Shown here piece by piece: positions 12,619 through 27,375 of a DNA stretch of 64,000 bases. Source of the stretch: Eledone cirrhosa (lineage: Eukaryota); assembly GCA_964016885.1 (NCBI GenBank), contig OZ024747.1, positions 38,316,001 to 38,380,000 on the forward strand, given 5' to 3'. Under the pieces are notes generated by a model. The model made no database searches, was not told the DNA's origin, and saw only the letters and a list, made by a program, of their open reading frames with translations. Positions within the stretch are counted from its first letter, which is position 1. Each line of letters begins with the position of its first letter. The translations under genes were made by a program, and so were the position numbers.

Positions 12619-15107
12619 AAATTATACACATGAATAGATGCATCTATCTTAAACACACACGTACAGAATATAACAGTTAATGTAATGGCATGCTGAAACT
12701 GTTATATGTGTGAAGCATACAGAATCAAGTGCATGAATTACAAACATTACTAAATATACACACGTACATTCACATGAAAATTCACACTAAAGTGTTTCAT
12801 ACAAATATAATTCTACACTCACATATATATGTACCACGTTCTACACATTTCAACTATAGTATAGTTTCCCAGTACTTCCAATCCCTTAGAGTATAATATA
12901 TCAATATATCGATACACACAATTAGAGACATAAAAAGCCATACTGGTATGTATACACAAAAGCAAAACCAAATATACATGCATGGTCCCGTAACAGCGAG
13001 AGAATCATAGGGGCACCGTATTAGCATACGGCGTTTCTAAGGCATTTTAAAGCATTCTGGTGGAGCCCATCCCCTCCTTGTCTGACACAGCCAGTATTCG
13101 TTGCGGCTGTCTGGGTCTCTGTGTTCAAATGCTGCCGAAATCAACCTTGCTTCACATCGTTTAACGTTTGGTAAAAAAAAATGCACCAGTCCAATAATGT
13201 GATTCATTCTCGCTCTATATCTCATTCTGATATCTATTTCTCTTTCATCAGAAGAAATCAGTTGCATGCCGGCTTGGAGAGGGGTGGGCTCTACCAGTTT
13301 TAAAATGCTCAAGGTACGCTGTATTTCAAAGTGGCGTCCCTACGACTACATCAGGTGTTACCTGTCCATAAATACATACCTACATCCTGCCACCAAATGT
13401 CTCCGGTTCACTGACGTAGGAAACTGTCATATCTTTCAATATTAGTCTACATTCTCGCACACTCTGTCCCAATATTCAGTCGCCACCAGAATATAAGCAG
13501 CCTTTTGGTCCACATGTCTACACACTATCCTGTGGAACCTAATCAGACTCCGCGGTGAGTACATGTCCCAACGTCTGAAAGGTCAATACCCTAGTCACAA
13601 AGGTTTTCCTTCCATGTCATGTGATGCTTTATCTGTATACCGGGAAATGACTAATGCAAATGCCAACTTTATGGTTTTACTGTTGATATAAAGTGAACAT
13701 ATTCAGAGCTTGTCTGGTAGTTTTAGGGAAAATCTTTTGATATGCGTGGGCTTATAAAACTCCTTGGTCATTTCCATTCTCATTTCTGTAATAAAGTGTA
13801 GTTAATCTTCCATATAAACACAGCTATCCCTTATTAACAACAATAATCGACTTGCTTTTATTTACACTACTCTAGGACTAACACAGTTCATACATGAATC
13901 TCACCCCTTTTTCCCTAACACATATTTCCCCATCTATCCACCACAACTATACACTACAGTATCCATTTAACATCAAGCCTTACTTTAATCATCATCCATT
14001 TCTTCCCTATTATTGTATACATACACACATACATACTTTTGCACACGAATTTGCTCAATCTTGCTCTCCCATCGACTCCACATATAGATATATGATTTAT
14101 GTATAATCCACTTTATCTTCCTCCCCATATCTAGCTTATTACCTGTTTCCGTACTAGATAGCCGCCCCTTTCTACTGAAAAAAACACATTTTCTTTGCCA
14201 TTACAGCATATTTTATCAGTGACCCAATATCCTGTTTTTTCCTTCAAATATTTTCTTTCTTCTCCTCTATTTTTATCTTGACAATAACATCCCTTTGAAG
14301 CATCAATCTTTTCATCCAAAAATATAATTAATTTGACTTTATAATCTTCTCCATTTGTTACCCAATTTCTGCTTTATTCTACCTGGATACTTCCATAACA
14401 TACATTTTAATAAGGCGATTCATATGTTGTCTACTTAACTCCATGGAAACCCCAGATAAGCAACAACAGTAGCGGCAGCAACGTTCTTATTGATCTTTGC
14501 AAGATCTTATCAAATTAATTCGCGTTTGTCATATTAATAAAAATAAAAAGCAAGGCAAGCATTGTATGTGATTAGATACTTTGAACTGAGTATACTGGAG
14601 CAGAAGGAAATGAAGTGTTTTGTTCAAGAACTCAACACACGAACCAATCCCACCACATTATGAGACTGTCTGACTCTTCTAAAGATGTTGGATCGTGGAA
14701 ATATTAATACAGTGGGTGTAATGGGCGAAATAATGAAGGTTAGTATTTCATTGGGAATAGTTGATAGAAGGAAGTTATAATGTAAGGTGCTAGCCTATTG
14801 TGCGTGAAGTCAGCTCTGATAAAAAACACATCGTCAATGGTCTTCTGCCCTGGTGCATCTCACGATTTGGTGAATCTAGGATTTCAAAACAATATATATT
14901 TCCACTTTTAAGACAGTGAGATATGATTCTATAAGGTTTTCGCTATCTTTAGCAGATCGGGCGAACGCATGAGCTTTCCTTCTTGAGCTTCTGATTGATC
15001 TAATTTTGATGTTTTATGAAATCATTACATATACCAACATTACCTATGGATGTGTTTATTGAAACAAAAACGTATCATTTTACTTATATACAGAATTTAA
15101 TAACGTT

Positions 15108-15315
15108 CAATCAGGTCCAGGTTTGATTTTAACCTGTCTGTATTTTCGTTATAGTTTCCGGTGACAACACACATGTGGTCACCTATTTCATTGTATCAAA
15201 TTACCTAACTGATGTTGATTACTGTGAGAATTGATTTCTCTCTCATTGAGTGCTTCGTGGCAGCCTCCAAATATCGATTCCAAACCTGCTACTCGCAGCG
15301 GCAACTTCGGTTATA
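15108..15315. repeat. Diverged ~210-bp direct repeat, copy 1 (copy 2 at 17686-17897)
   Basis: Shared blocks: ccagg...ctgtattttcgtt, tgttgattact, ctcattgagtgcttcgt, aacctgctactc...gcaacttc. Confidence 0.75.
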
Positions 15316-15388
15316 TTCATTATTATCATTGTTTTCTCCTAGCCTTTATAATTAATCAATTATTTGATTAATTGGTTAGTCAATTATT

Positions 15389-17335
15389 TATTGTTATACT
15401 TTGGGAGGGACATGCTGCCAATAAAAACACAGGCCCCAACGGTTTTCACTTCAATTTATTATAAATTTCCGGTTGGTTGGTTCAATAACCGGAAGGTTGT
15501 TTATATATTGTCAAATTCTCATATATTGTCACTCATTGTAAAATAACGCAAATCCTCCATTCACTCTATGCCAAACCCATGACCTGGAAATACCTGATCC
15601 ACCGAAACTCAGCGGTTTCGTACCACATCAAAATCAACATATTCATTGAGGCGTCAGCATTGCAGGTGACATAGCTAACTTCTTTATGGTATGGTGGGAC
15701 AAAAGACTTAAGGAACAATTAGACGACAATTTTATAACCCTGTCTATGTACTCCGGCTATATAGATGTCTTAAATATCGTAGTAAAAACATCCCCACAGG
15801 AGAACAATCAGGAATTAGAGAAGAACACCATGGAAAGTATCCAGCAAATAGCTAACTCCATCCACTAGAATAATAAAGTCACTATAGACTAACCAACTAA
15901 ACACCCCACCCAACCATAAATTACCTGTACTAGACACATAACTCTGGATGGAAACTATTAGTAATAGAACGCACATCCTCCATTCGCCTTATGCAAATCC
16001 CATGACCTTCACCGAAACTCAGCAGTTTTGGATCACATAAAGTCAACATACTGATTGCGAACTTAGTAAAAGTGATGAGTAACGTGTCCTGCATGTGCAA
16101 CTCCAAATAATTAGGGAGATACATACAATACTCCATCCCCGCATGCAGTTATCTGGCTACAATCAGAGAGATAAGATCAGGGTATATAAAGGAGCTAAAA
16201 TCAAATGTGCAAACATTGTAGAAAATGATGCAAATGGAACTTTCCCCATGTATAGGAGCACATTTTGGAACACAATCGAAAGGATTAGAAATAAGGCAAA
16301 TGAAATAAACTCATGGTATAATAGCAATAAATACCAGAGTGTAATATTCGCCAATACAACCCCTAGAGGCGAAGTAGCTTATATATGTAGAAGGGCCCTA
16401 GACAAGCTCAAATTAAATATTAAGATAGTTGAAAGACCAGGTATTCCCATAAAAATACTAATCAGCAAATATACCCAATTCAAAGATCCTCCTGTTCTGA
16501 GAGCGAATGCATAGTCTGTAAGCTAAGCTCGCAAATTAACTTCAAAACTAGGAACGTGGTATATAGCATAAGATGTACTGAGGGACAGTGTAGGAATAAG
16601 AACATGACATACATAGGTGAAACACCCCGTAGGATAGTGCAAAGGATAAGTGAACATCGGTGAGAACTCCAGGATGGGAAAAACTCATCAGTACTCCACC
16701 AACATGCCAACATAGAACATAGGGGTACATTAGAGAACATAGAGATAAAAATTATATCCACACACAGAAAAGATGCAATGCTCAGACAAATCACAGAGGC
16801 AACCATTATAAACGAACTCCAACTAAAATTAAATAGAAAACATGAGTGGAATAGCAACATCACAACTAGTAATTAAGGACAAAATGAAGACATACAGACA
16901 CACACAAAAACTAAACTAACAAAACAAATCATACACACACAGATAGAACAACCAACCAACTAGTGACAAATAAATAAACACATAAAGAAAAAAAAAACAC
17001 ACACACGCACCCGGATGTAACGCATGCGCAAACTAAGCACACGACACACAACACACAAAACCAAGAAGGTGTAGGACAGAACAAAGGAGAGACACACAAA
17101 ATAAAATCCTAGTCACTGAGGAGGTCACAGTATGTGTGCCGAAAGAGCTTTGACAATATATGAAAAACCTCCGGTTATCGAACCAATCAACCGGAAATTT
17201 ATAATGAATTAAAGTGAAAACCATGAGGTGCTTATGTTTTTATTGGCAACATGACCCTCCCAAAATATAACAATATATGTTTCAACACGTTCTCAGATAA
17301 GAAATCTCGCAAAATAAATTCAAAAATGAATTCAT
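15389..17335 (+). mobile_element. PLE family F, older degenerate copy F1
   Basis: Fragments MVWWDKRLKEQ, GYIDVLNIVVK and YIGETP are homologous to 41673-42900. 15389-15515 is the inverse of the 3' pLTR end. Confidence 0.9.
17112..17154 (+). ncRNA. Hammerhead ribozyme motif (family F)
   Basis: gtca-CTGAGGA-ggtcaca..tgtgtgcc-GAAA-gagc-TT-tgac. Confidence 0.7.
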
Positions 17336-17894
17336 TATTTATTGTTTGTTTGAAAACCTAGTCGAGATCTTACTTCGAGGTTGTGAATAAATTCCTTCGC
17401 TTACAATTTTGAATGTAATCGCCAAAATGCAGATGTGAACTTCCTCTTTTCTTAAGAAAGAACATGTGACCCCACTGCCAAATTTACTGGTATAGTCGTT
17501 GGCAGTTTGGTCTCTTAAGCTGTGCAGAGTGGATACTGGAACGAAATGTCTGTTGATGAAGGGAAATGCTGGTTCCATCTTAGGATATATTACTGACTTG
17601 TATGCTACCCAACTTTGAGTGTAGCTTCTGGATTTACCAGAAACCCATCGAAGTTATTTATCAGTTGATATCTAATATATATCGATCAGATCCAGGTTCG
17701 ACTTTAACCAGACTGTATTTTCGTTGTTGTAGTTTAAGGTGGCAACAGAGCTCTGGTCGAATTTTTCATTGTCACATTACTTAACTTATGTTGATTACTC
17801 TGACGATGAATTTGTTGATTTCTCACTCATTGAGTGCTTCGTCGCCACCTTCAACAATTGATTGCGAACCTGCTACTCTCAGCAGCAACTTCAG

Positions 17895-17946
<52 letters not shown>

Positions 17947-19549
17947 AATTCATTTGATTTATCTTAATTTTGGATATAGATATATAAATACGGCTCCTGA
18001 ATTGTAGAGCTAACTCTGTTGAAAGGACTTGACTGCTGTTTCTAGTTGTCGATAACCCTATTCACGCCACTGGGATGAAGTTAGTATGATGTGTGTATTT
18101 CTAGTAAATACTACACGTGCTGGCCAGTCGCTGATTTGAACTTGAAGTGTAAACACGGATGCTGGAAATTTCTTCCTTGTTGAAAATCCAAATCTCCACT
18201 TCTGCGGTTTACCATCTGATTAATTGGTGAAATATATTTCTTTAATGGCTAATTATTTGCTTTCGAAATGAAATTTAGTATTGAACATTGAGATGTGATC
18301 AAAGTATTTTATGGGTTACATCGTAAAATAAAATAATTTGCCCGAAAGAATAACGAGAAATAGATCATACGCTGTGCCACGCCTGTCAACTCTCCCCGTC
18401 CGACGGGGAGATCCCCACCCACTTTTGGGTGGGTGAGAGATGTCTTCTCTTGTGAAAATGGGTATAGCTTTCATTATGTAAAATCTCCCTATTTTGTCTC
18501 ATTTATCTCCGTTTGCGTCTTTAGAGGTTGACAGATATGTACTTTAGTTTGTTAATATTTTAATGCAGTTGTATTATCTAAATTTTAATTTCTAAGAAAA
18601 AAACATATAAACATTATAAAATTCATTGATTACTTTAAAGCTTTCAGTATCAGGAAAAAGGTTAGTATAGAACTGTTGCAATCTTAGAGAAACTGTCATT
18701 ATGTCAAACTTCTGGTTACGAAAACCAAGTGCTTCCAAAATACACAACATTGAAGATCTGCAGATTTTATATAACAGTAGAAAAGGAATCTTGCCGATAT
18801 TTTCCTCAACACAGCATGGGAGAATTGGATTTACAGTAGAAAGGAATCCATTTGTATTGTCAGTTGCAAATGTTCTTGAAAAGGAATATCTCTGAAGTTG
18901 AAGAATGGCTCGGAATCAAAAGATAAATTTGATGAAAAATCAATCACAACATATTGACCATGGCTGTGCAGCTCTAACTATATTATTTCTATTCGTGTCA
19001 ACCTGTCTTTATGAATTAGACTTTTCAATTCCTTGACAGTAATCTTCATCAGAATAAACTCAATAATAATTGTTTCTACATTTGACACAAGGCCAGCAAT
19101 GACCCTGTGCATTACTGGTACTTTATTTTATCGAACTCAATAATAATGCCCCGGCATTCGATTGAACTTCGTTAATTGAAGTTTGCGTCCGTAAATTTTG
19201 TCTCTTACGTTATAAATATTAAGAAAATACACTTTAGATCAAGATTAAAATCCATCAGCATTTTGTATTTTAGATTTGTAAAACATATGCCAATGTGTCC
19301 GAGTTGGTGAATGGTGAACTCAATCTGGATTTAAAGCCCCAAGATATGCCGAGTGCCACGGCGATGACCCTAAGGTAGCAATTTGTCTCGGGACCATTTT
19401 CACAAGTGATGAAAGACATGAGGTGAAACAATTGCAATACATTCAGGAGATGTAATACGCCCGAGTCAGCTTTCGGTCATCAGAAGATGGTTGGTTGGTA
19501 TAAGTGCAAAACTCACTATCTTCAATTCAACGCTCGTGCCAAACTATAC

Positions 19550-19990
19550 CTATAACCATATATCTTGTGTAATGATCCAAAGAATACGATAGTGAATACA
19601 ATCCATCAAAATGGGGTTCCTCGAAATGGTCTTTATTGTAAAGTTACTTGATAAGGTACGTATCTCAGAGGTCAATGCAGGTAGTGTCTCTACTTCTCTA
19701 AATCGAAAGATCACAGCTCCGATACAACGGATATATCTAGAATGTCTAATGAAAGAATCACTAGACAAACGTTGTAGGTAAATCCAGCTGGTCAATCCAC
19801 GAGTAAGGGTTTCGGTGACTTCCATGAGTTTGGTTGATCCCAATTAGTGACAGTTGCGTCAGATATGAACCGATGAAAACAGTTTCTGATGACTCTGTTC
19901 CCACGATCCCTTGAGTAATAAGTGGACGAAGAAGACAACTTTAATAACCTTGATATATTTTGGCCATTATAGCCACAGGCCACGTCAAGC
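19550..19990 (-). pseudogene. Highly decayed PLE-type RT fragment
   Basis: Weak motifs (MGS, RYI, FTI, ISRNP..MDCIHY) in the order expected for RT motifs 4-7 and thumb. Confidence 0.35.
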
Positions 19991-20022
19991 TTAATAGCAC
20001 CACCTGGCTAAACGATTTACAC

Positions 20023-20094
20023 CTCCGCAGCGGGGAATCGAACCCAGGTCTTTTGCGAGACAAACCGCGATACTTACCATTATACTACTGAGGA
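20023..20094 (-). pseudogene. tRNA-Asp(GTC) pseudogene
   Basis: 72 nt, TCCTCAGTAGTATAATGGTAAGTATC...TTGTCTC...GGGTTCGATTCCCCGCTGCGGAG, colinear with metazoan tRNA-Asp. The anticodon stem (GCGGT/GCAAA) is disrupted. Confidence 0.8.
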
Positions 20095-21729
20095 TGTACT
20101 GTGTATGATAATCTAGAAAAGTTCACAGTTCCTTAAATCCTAGATTTTTAAGAATCTTTAAGTATATTATTAATTCCTTCAAAGAAACATGACTCGACTC
20201 ATTTGCATATTTTTTCAAGGAAACGATTTTCTTATAGAAAAAATGTCGGTTATTTCTGAATACTAATGCATTCTGAAATCAGACTCTTAGTTCGTTTGCT
20301 TGTTTATAATAATTGACTAATTTTTAAAGACAAGCTTTTGGTAAAATCAGTAATGCTTCTTCACAATGACGTTTAGTATAGAGTTACATCAATTTACATT
20401 TTGAGCTTCAATTCTTTCGCGGTTTTGGATCAATAAAACAAATAACATTCAACAACATAATCTGCTCTATTCCGGCCTCAAAGCATTGGCATTGTGCCTA
20501 AGCCAGAACAATTATTTTCACTGATAAGAGTTCTAACATAAGAATCATATACAGAAAACAGTGGTATATGTCTATATAATGTTTAGGTTGTTTTTTCTAC
20601 AATCCTTACTGAAATGGCGTGAAATGTATATTCAATCGAAAGTATTTATGTATTTATTATATAGGTGATTAAATATAAATCGTTTTATAATGTTTACAAA
20701 GAATTTATTTCTAAGTATTTCATTGTAAATTTAAATTTTATATATCTTAGCCATCGTTTGCCGAGTAACTGCATTACCATTACACAAAGAGGGCACACGT
20801 GTTTGTAGTTGCTTGACATACTTGGAACAGAAACCAAATCTTTCTCAAATTGTGTCGGCTTTTAAAATAATACAGGGCATATTGCTAATGTAGTGCGAGA
20901 TGAAATGTCTGTAAAGTTGGGGTGGATGGCCCTTGACTCTGAGGAATTCATTCACCCATTTTACAGCTCTTGATGTTAGTGCTGCTGGGGTTCCAGTTAT
21001 CCTTCTCACCTGACCGAGGTCGGAGGGGGGGGGGGGGTCACCGACCACTCAACAATGAAGCAGGTTGTACTGGATTATATTATACCAGTAGTAGCTATAA
21101 GTTTGACCAGACCAATAAACTTCATATACCGTACATCAAATACATTAACAATACATTCTTCATATATATTGTATCGAATTATTCTATACGCCCTTCAAAT
21201 ATTTGGTATCTCGAATGATCTGATATGGCCCTACCTTGAGAAGCAGGCGCACTGGCACACATACACACGGAAATAAATACAGTTTCATAGCCAACTTAAC
21301 ACATCTGTGGTTGCTAATAAATTTTGCTTTATCCAATACTACGACACCTTAAAAAAATTGACGACCCACTCATTGAAAAAACGTATTTTATTTTTTAAAA
21401 ATACAATTCAAATATTTGAAAAATGTTCTCTTGTCAGGCGCGTGCTCCGAGTTAAAAATTTCTTTCTCTAAGGGAAATGGAAATTTCAACATCGAATAAT
21501 CAAACGAAGTCTTGAGAGATCTGTTGCTAACGGCATGGCGTATTATGGAGAATGAAAAAAAAACATACGGTATGGTAGGAATTCAGAAAAAATAGATAAA
21601 AAAATAGACGAGTGAATGACGAAAGATGCATGTAAGGAAAGAACGAAAAAAACTGAAAATCACACGAATCCCCTACTCACAATGCTTTTAGGTTCGCAAA
21701 AATTATTGCTTGACCAAAATAGACCAGCA

Positions 21730-21855
21730 AGACAGGTCGGTGCTTATCCTCGTTTCCGTGGCGTGAAGCGACTGAGAGAACAAGATTCTCTTCTGGACAG
21801 AACACCTATCTATCGCAGGGTTTAACCCCCAGCTATTACTGATTCTCATTTTTAG
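21730..21855 (-). mobile_element. SINE fragment
   Basis: cttatcctcgtttccgtggcgtgaagcgact...atcgcaggg resembles a lophotrochozoan SINE central domain (recalled similarity only). Confidence 0.45.
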
Positions 21856-22309
21856 TCGTCTTGAAAAAGGAATGCGTCTTGATTGCTAAGTTCGGCGTAT
21901 TTTGAAAAGGCCATATTGAGCAAGCACATGAGAGAAAATACTTAAAATATGAAATACTAAACAAATTGTCACTAATTAGGTTGACTTTGTACGACACTTC
22001 CCGTTAAAACTTATAGATAGATCCACATTTTCTTACATGGCTGGCATTGAAATGATAGTGCTATGATATATGAACTGGAGAGGGGAAAAAGAAAATGGTT
22101 CGGAATAGTTATGTGAATAGCAAGAAAGAGGTTATTCAATTGTAAGCCCCATTCCTGCTGTAAAGGGAAACAGTTATAGCATGGTTGGAATCGTATACAA
22201 ATGCACCAGTTATGGTGTGGTTGCTGCTGTGATAACGGAGCGGAAAGCGTTCTAAAATAGTCTCGATAAATCTGAACTTTTCCTGACTGATAGGCATTAT
22301 TGAAAGAAG

Positions 22310-22485
22310 TATCGGTAGAGAGTCGGACACCCTGCTTTGCAGCATAGAGCTACGCCCCTTTATGATCTGAGTTCAAATCCCACCGAGGTTTACTTTGCCT
22401 TTCATCCTTACGGGGTCGATAAAATAAAATACCAGTAATGCACTGGGTAATTGCTGGCCTTGTGCCAAAAGTAGAAACAATTATT
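22310..22485 (+). mobile_element. tRNA-derived SINE (same family as 8383)
   Basis: gagttcaaatccc...tttgcctttcatcc...ggggtcgataaaataa...ggccttgtgccaaaa. Confidence 0.8.
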
Positions 22486-23186
22486 GAAAGAAGTGATAGT
22501 CGAAAGGTGCCGAAATAGGTATTTCTAATTGGCAATTGGAATGCGTTGCCTACTCCACACATGCACATATTACTATGTGTGGTTATAATGTCATAGTATT
22601 TAAAAAAATCAACCATTAAACTGAATCAACATTCGATGATTGTGGGTAGAATGTAAATGTTATTATCTTAGTAGAAAATTGCTAGCGATTATATATAAGT
22701 TAGTAGTATGTCCAACAATGCCCACGCTGGAATAGTAGTTATAAAAAGTCGGACGTTATTAATGAACACCTATTATTTAAGTAGAACGCGGATTTCTGTT
22801 GAAATGTTTGTACCTTATATTATATTTATAGCAGTCGAGTATCTATTGCACTATTACAGTTATGCGTTCAATATGGATTCTATAGTTCATAATTTAAATG
22901 TCAAATAGATTATATATATATCGAATAAGAAGACATCGTTAAATGCATTTGAAAATAATTTTAGTTCATTTGCAATACTTATTGAACAAAATGTCTTCTT
23001 TCTCACCAGAAATCATTTTCTTTACTGTCTAGAAAACAAAGATCTGTGACCGTGACACTCTTGGGTATTTCAACACAGATAGGAACGATAGAGGAAGGTA
23101 TTCTCAAGCAGAAGCCCTGGGTTCAAATATTTGCAACAGAGGAGGCCTCGAATTATTAAGAAAGCCCAGGATTAGCTTATTTAAAT

Positions 23187-23350
23187 AATTGTTTCTACTT
23201 TTTGGCACAAGGCCAGCAATTAACTCAGTGTATTACTGGTACATTATTTTATCGACCCCGTAAGAATGAAAGGCAAAGTTAACCTCGGCGGGATTTGAAC
23301 TCAGTCCGTAAAGGGAGGCATGGCGTCCGACCCTCAAATATTTAATATCG
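23187..23350 (-). mobile_element. tRNA-derived SINE (same family)
   Basis: Reverse complement of the 22310-22485 body. Confidence 0.8.
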
Positions 23351-23673
23351 TGTCGTCAGTCAATATTCTAACAATAACATATATATACACCCCAGACACA
23401 TCCAAATCTCTCTTATATACCGAGTCACACATCACAACACAACCTGATCTCAGTTTGACAATCGCCACCGCCACCGGAGAATGCGAGAAAGTTCTCCAAA
23501 AAAGTTAACCAGGAATCTTTAAAATTCTTCCCATCGAAGTTAACAAAGAACTTACTAGCTCTACCAACTCATAATATTATAAATTTAAATCAAATTATTT
23601 AGAACTACAAGTGAAGTCATTCTTTTCTTTTTTTTTTCAAATATACCTAACTACTACTAAGGATCTCACACAT

Positions 23674-23726
<53 letters not shown>

Positions 23727-23928
23727 AACTGACGCATACACCATATCATGCATATACGTAATAGTACGTAAACATATACTTCACACATAAGTATATGTGC
23801 GTCTGCATGGAAATACAAATACACACATATACGTGCGATCTTTCGCTCACTTATGCGCACACACATGCGCACATTCACACACGTACTCAATAATTATATA
23901 TATTATATATAATATATATCAATAATTA

Positions 23929-23977
<49 letters not shown>

Positions 23978-25866
23978 TATGTATATATATATGTATGTGT
24001 ATACTGAGTAATGTGTTACAATCCATCTATTGAATTTAAAAAAAAATCATAATAATGTGATCAGCGCAAGGGAAATGAAGATGAATTAACATATACGTGC
24101 CTTGTCGTGTGTATTCATGTGTATTCATTATACGAACAATACCACTGTTTCATATAAAAGTGCTTCATTTTCTGTTTGGTGTATATCTCGTTTTTTTTTA
24201 TTCTTCGCACTACATGATTCAACATTTTACGTGATACCTTACTGTCTATATATTAATTCTGGATGTTCAGTGAAGGTAGAGTTCAATTTTAATTCAATTT
24301 TAGTTTGTTATAAATTTAGTACTTTCATATTAATATCTCACCTTTAATTTACTACCATATGCATCTTTGCAGAGGTCCACTGTGATTACTTAGCTACAAA
24401 TTAGGTTTGGCCAATGAGATATTTTGTCAAAAACGTTCAATCTCTGCCAATCTATTCATATTTCTAGGCATAGTGCATCTAAGAATACATTATTGAGTGA
24501 GCGTATATTTCTTAAAGAGGTCAAGGTGTTTATGAGAGGTGTTGTTTGCTACATCTATATGAATCAACGGTTTCGAGTAGGATCTTTCAGGGTTATATAT
24601 TTGAGCTCACAGTATGAGAAAAAATACAAAAAGGAAAACGTTTTAAAGAAAATATAAAATGGCACAGGCAAATGGATAAAGAATCGTTCATGCATATTCA
24701 AAATAAAGTCAAAAACCTGGTCGTAGATATCCTTTTGATCCAAGATCTGTTCGGTCAGGTTTTTCTATGGATAACCGCATCGACAAAAATAACAAGTTAT
24801 CACACTTAGAATTCGATCTTAGATTTTCACCGTCAGAACTGTCCTGGGATTACACAACAGCAATCACTCCTTGAGCCATAAATGTGAATAATGAGATATA
24901 TCAAGTAATGTGAGAGAATGAAAGATCATGTGAAGGTGCTTGATAGAAGGAAAATGGTAAGTTCAGTGTAAGGATGACCTTGTGATATATCAACCAAGAA
25001 AGACAGAAGAGAGAAAAACGGAGGAGGAGGATATAGAGTAACAAAGAGAGATAAAGAAAAAGAATAAAAGTTTATTGAGGTCTGTCAAATACGAAATGGT
25101 ATGAGAACTGGTCAATAAGAAATTCTAGTGAAGGAGCCTCTAAACGTTCACTTCATATTTATATAGTTATATGGCTTCTATTGACGTTGAATAGATTTAA
25201 CAATAAACATAAGAGTGTCTTGTGTTTATGTATAATATGTACGCAGTTCAATGAACGTGTTGGGGAAAGCTTCTGTTTTAATTATAGTAATATATCTAGT
25301 AGAAATGGGACTGTGTCCGCTAAAAGAACTCATGGATATTTACACAATTTAACTATCACATTTGGAATTAGAGGCTTTCTAAACATAGAAATACAATGCT
25401 GTGTAGTATATAAATATAAATTTGAAATGTAGATTATCTTTCCGTATTTTTCCGCCATAATTTCGGAATTATTTGTAGTTAATTCACCCGAAATCATTCG
25501 ACACCTGGAGTTGTGGTTCGTTCCCAATATGAGTTAAATCTTGATTAGAATTTTTGGTCATAAATCATCTTGTCATATACGATATACTTAAATTTATCGA
25601 TAGAAATGGAAAACATAAACCGATAAAAGGGGTGCTTTATTGGTTTAAAGACACACTCACTTATCGACTATATACATTCAAATATTGATATAAACACACG
25701 ATTAATCTGTCGCTTTGATATCCTTCTCATCATCATATAATGCACAACATAGTTTGATTCAGTAACATGTTAGTTTGACAAGATATATGATTTGATTCAA
25801 TATCACTAGGAAGCTTTGTTTTTATAGATTTCTGTAATTATTGCTAATAAATGTAAAAGGTTAACT

Positions 25867-26960
25867 GTAATCTCTCGATTTAAAGAAGAGGTGGCTGTAC
25901 ATTGAGTGAAACCCTGATCTCCGAGCTACGTACCATATTGAGTAACGTTTCTCTAAATACTCCGCAAAGGAACCACATTTCGGTGCATTGTATTCGTGAG
26001 TTATTACCCAAGAGTTTCGGCCATAATTAAAGGTAGACGCGAACACTAAAGTGAAGACAGCGAGTTAGGTTTTTACATATACCTCCGTTCTTTCGATGAT
26101 CAAATGCAGAAGATGACGCATTACTGCACCCACTTGTGCAATTCTTGCACATCACTTGTGAAACCAGCACTAGGAACACTTGAAATTTTCTACCTGCTTC
26201 AGTGTAACTCTACCCACTGCAGTAATCTTAATTCGTACTACGGAACACACGGTGGAAAAAGTATTCGTTGCATGTTGGAGATCCCATTCCGATGAGATAC
26301 GTAATACCATGTCGTCAGTAAATTTCACCCGACTGATCCTACAACGTCGTGTATGTTAACACTTTCATTTCGGTTGCGAACCTATTCAATGTGAGTGTCG
26401 GACTCAGAAAAGGGTACATAATATCACCTCCCCTGTTGATAATCTTTGCGCAACCGAAATGAAAGTGTTAACATACAAGACGTTGTAGGATCAGTCGGGT
26501 GAAATTTACTGACGACATGGTATTACGTATCTCATCGGAATGGGATCTCCAACATGCAACGAATACTTTTTCCACCGTGTGTTCCGTAGTAGGAATTAAG
26601 ATTACTGCAGTGGGTAAAGTTACACTGAAGCAGGTAGAAAATGTCAAGTGTTCCTAGTGCTGGTTTCACAAGTGATGTGCAAGAATTGCACAAGTGGGTG
26701 CAGTAATGCGTCATCTTCTGCATTTGATCATCGAAAGAACGGAGGTATATGTAAAAACCTAACTCGCTGTCTTCACTTTAGTGTTCGCGTCTACCTTTAA
26801 TTATGGCCGAAACTCTTGGGTAATAACTCACGAATACAATGCACCGAAATGTGGTTCCTTTGCGGAGTATTTAGAGAAACGTTACTCAATATGGTACGTA
26901 GCTCGGAGATCAGGGTTTCACTCAAGGTACAGCCACCTCTTCTTTAAATCGAGAGATTAC
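25867..26960. repeat. Near-perfect ~510-bp inverted repeat with ~70-bp spacer
   Basis: 25867-26378 mirrors 26449-26960 with only about five visible mismatches; mirrored ORFs appear in the ORF track. Confidence 0.95.
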
Positions 26961-26975
26961 CTACACACATATATA

Positions 26976-27030
<55 letters not shown>

Positions 27031-27133
27031 TGTGTGTAGGTACATATATATATATATATACATACGTATGTATATATATATACCTACACATATAAATATA
27101 TATATGTATATATATGTGTATATATATATATAT

Positions 27134-27375
27134 GGTGGCTGCCAACTCTTTTTCGAATACAGCCACTACTTTATATCCATGTAGGAGAACCCCTACCGAT
27201 GCGCTGAACGAGTGTGACTTTTTAGTCCAGCCAGCGACTTGAAAACTCCGGTACAAACACTACACTTGTGACAATTTATTGACACATAGTGCTAGGCCCA
27301 TGGTACCATGTGACGACAAGTGCAGAGAGATCTCCAGATATAAAGCAATGCCTGTGCCGTGAAGCTTTTATAGTG
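27134..27375 (-). mobile_element. RTE-type LINE 3' end with C2H2 finger and (TA)n tail
   Basis: Minus-strand translation ..IWRSLC.. then [24 protein letters not shown]; second copy at 56167-56408. Confidence 0.7.

Noticed and set aside
13037-13630. Coding-looking segment with a 91-aa ORF
   Set aside because: No recognisable motif or clear splice structure; a gene call cannot be supported.
20023-20094. Functional tRNA-Asp
   Set aside because: The anticodon stem cannot pair and the acceptor stem has mismatches; called a pseudogene.
25861-27029. Duplicated small ORFs (MFASTF.., MQKMTH..) as a gene pair
   Set aside because: They are a by-product of the inverted repeat and show no domain features.
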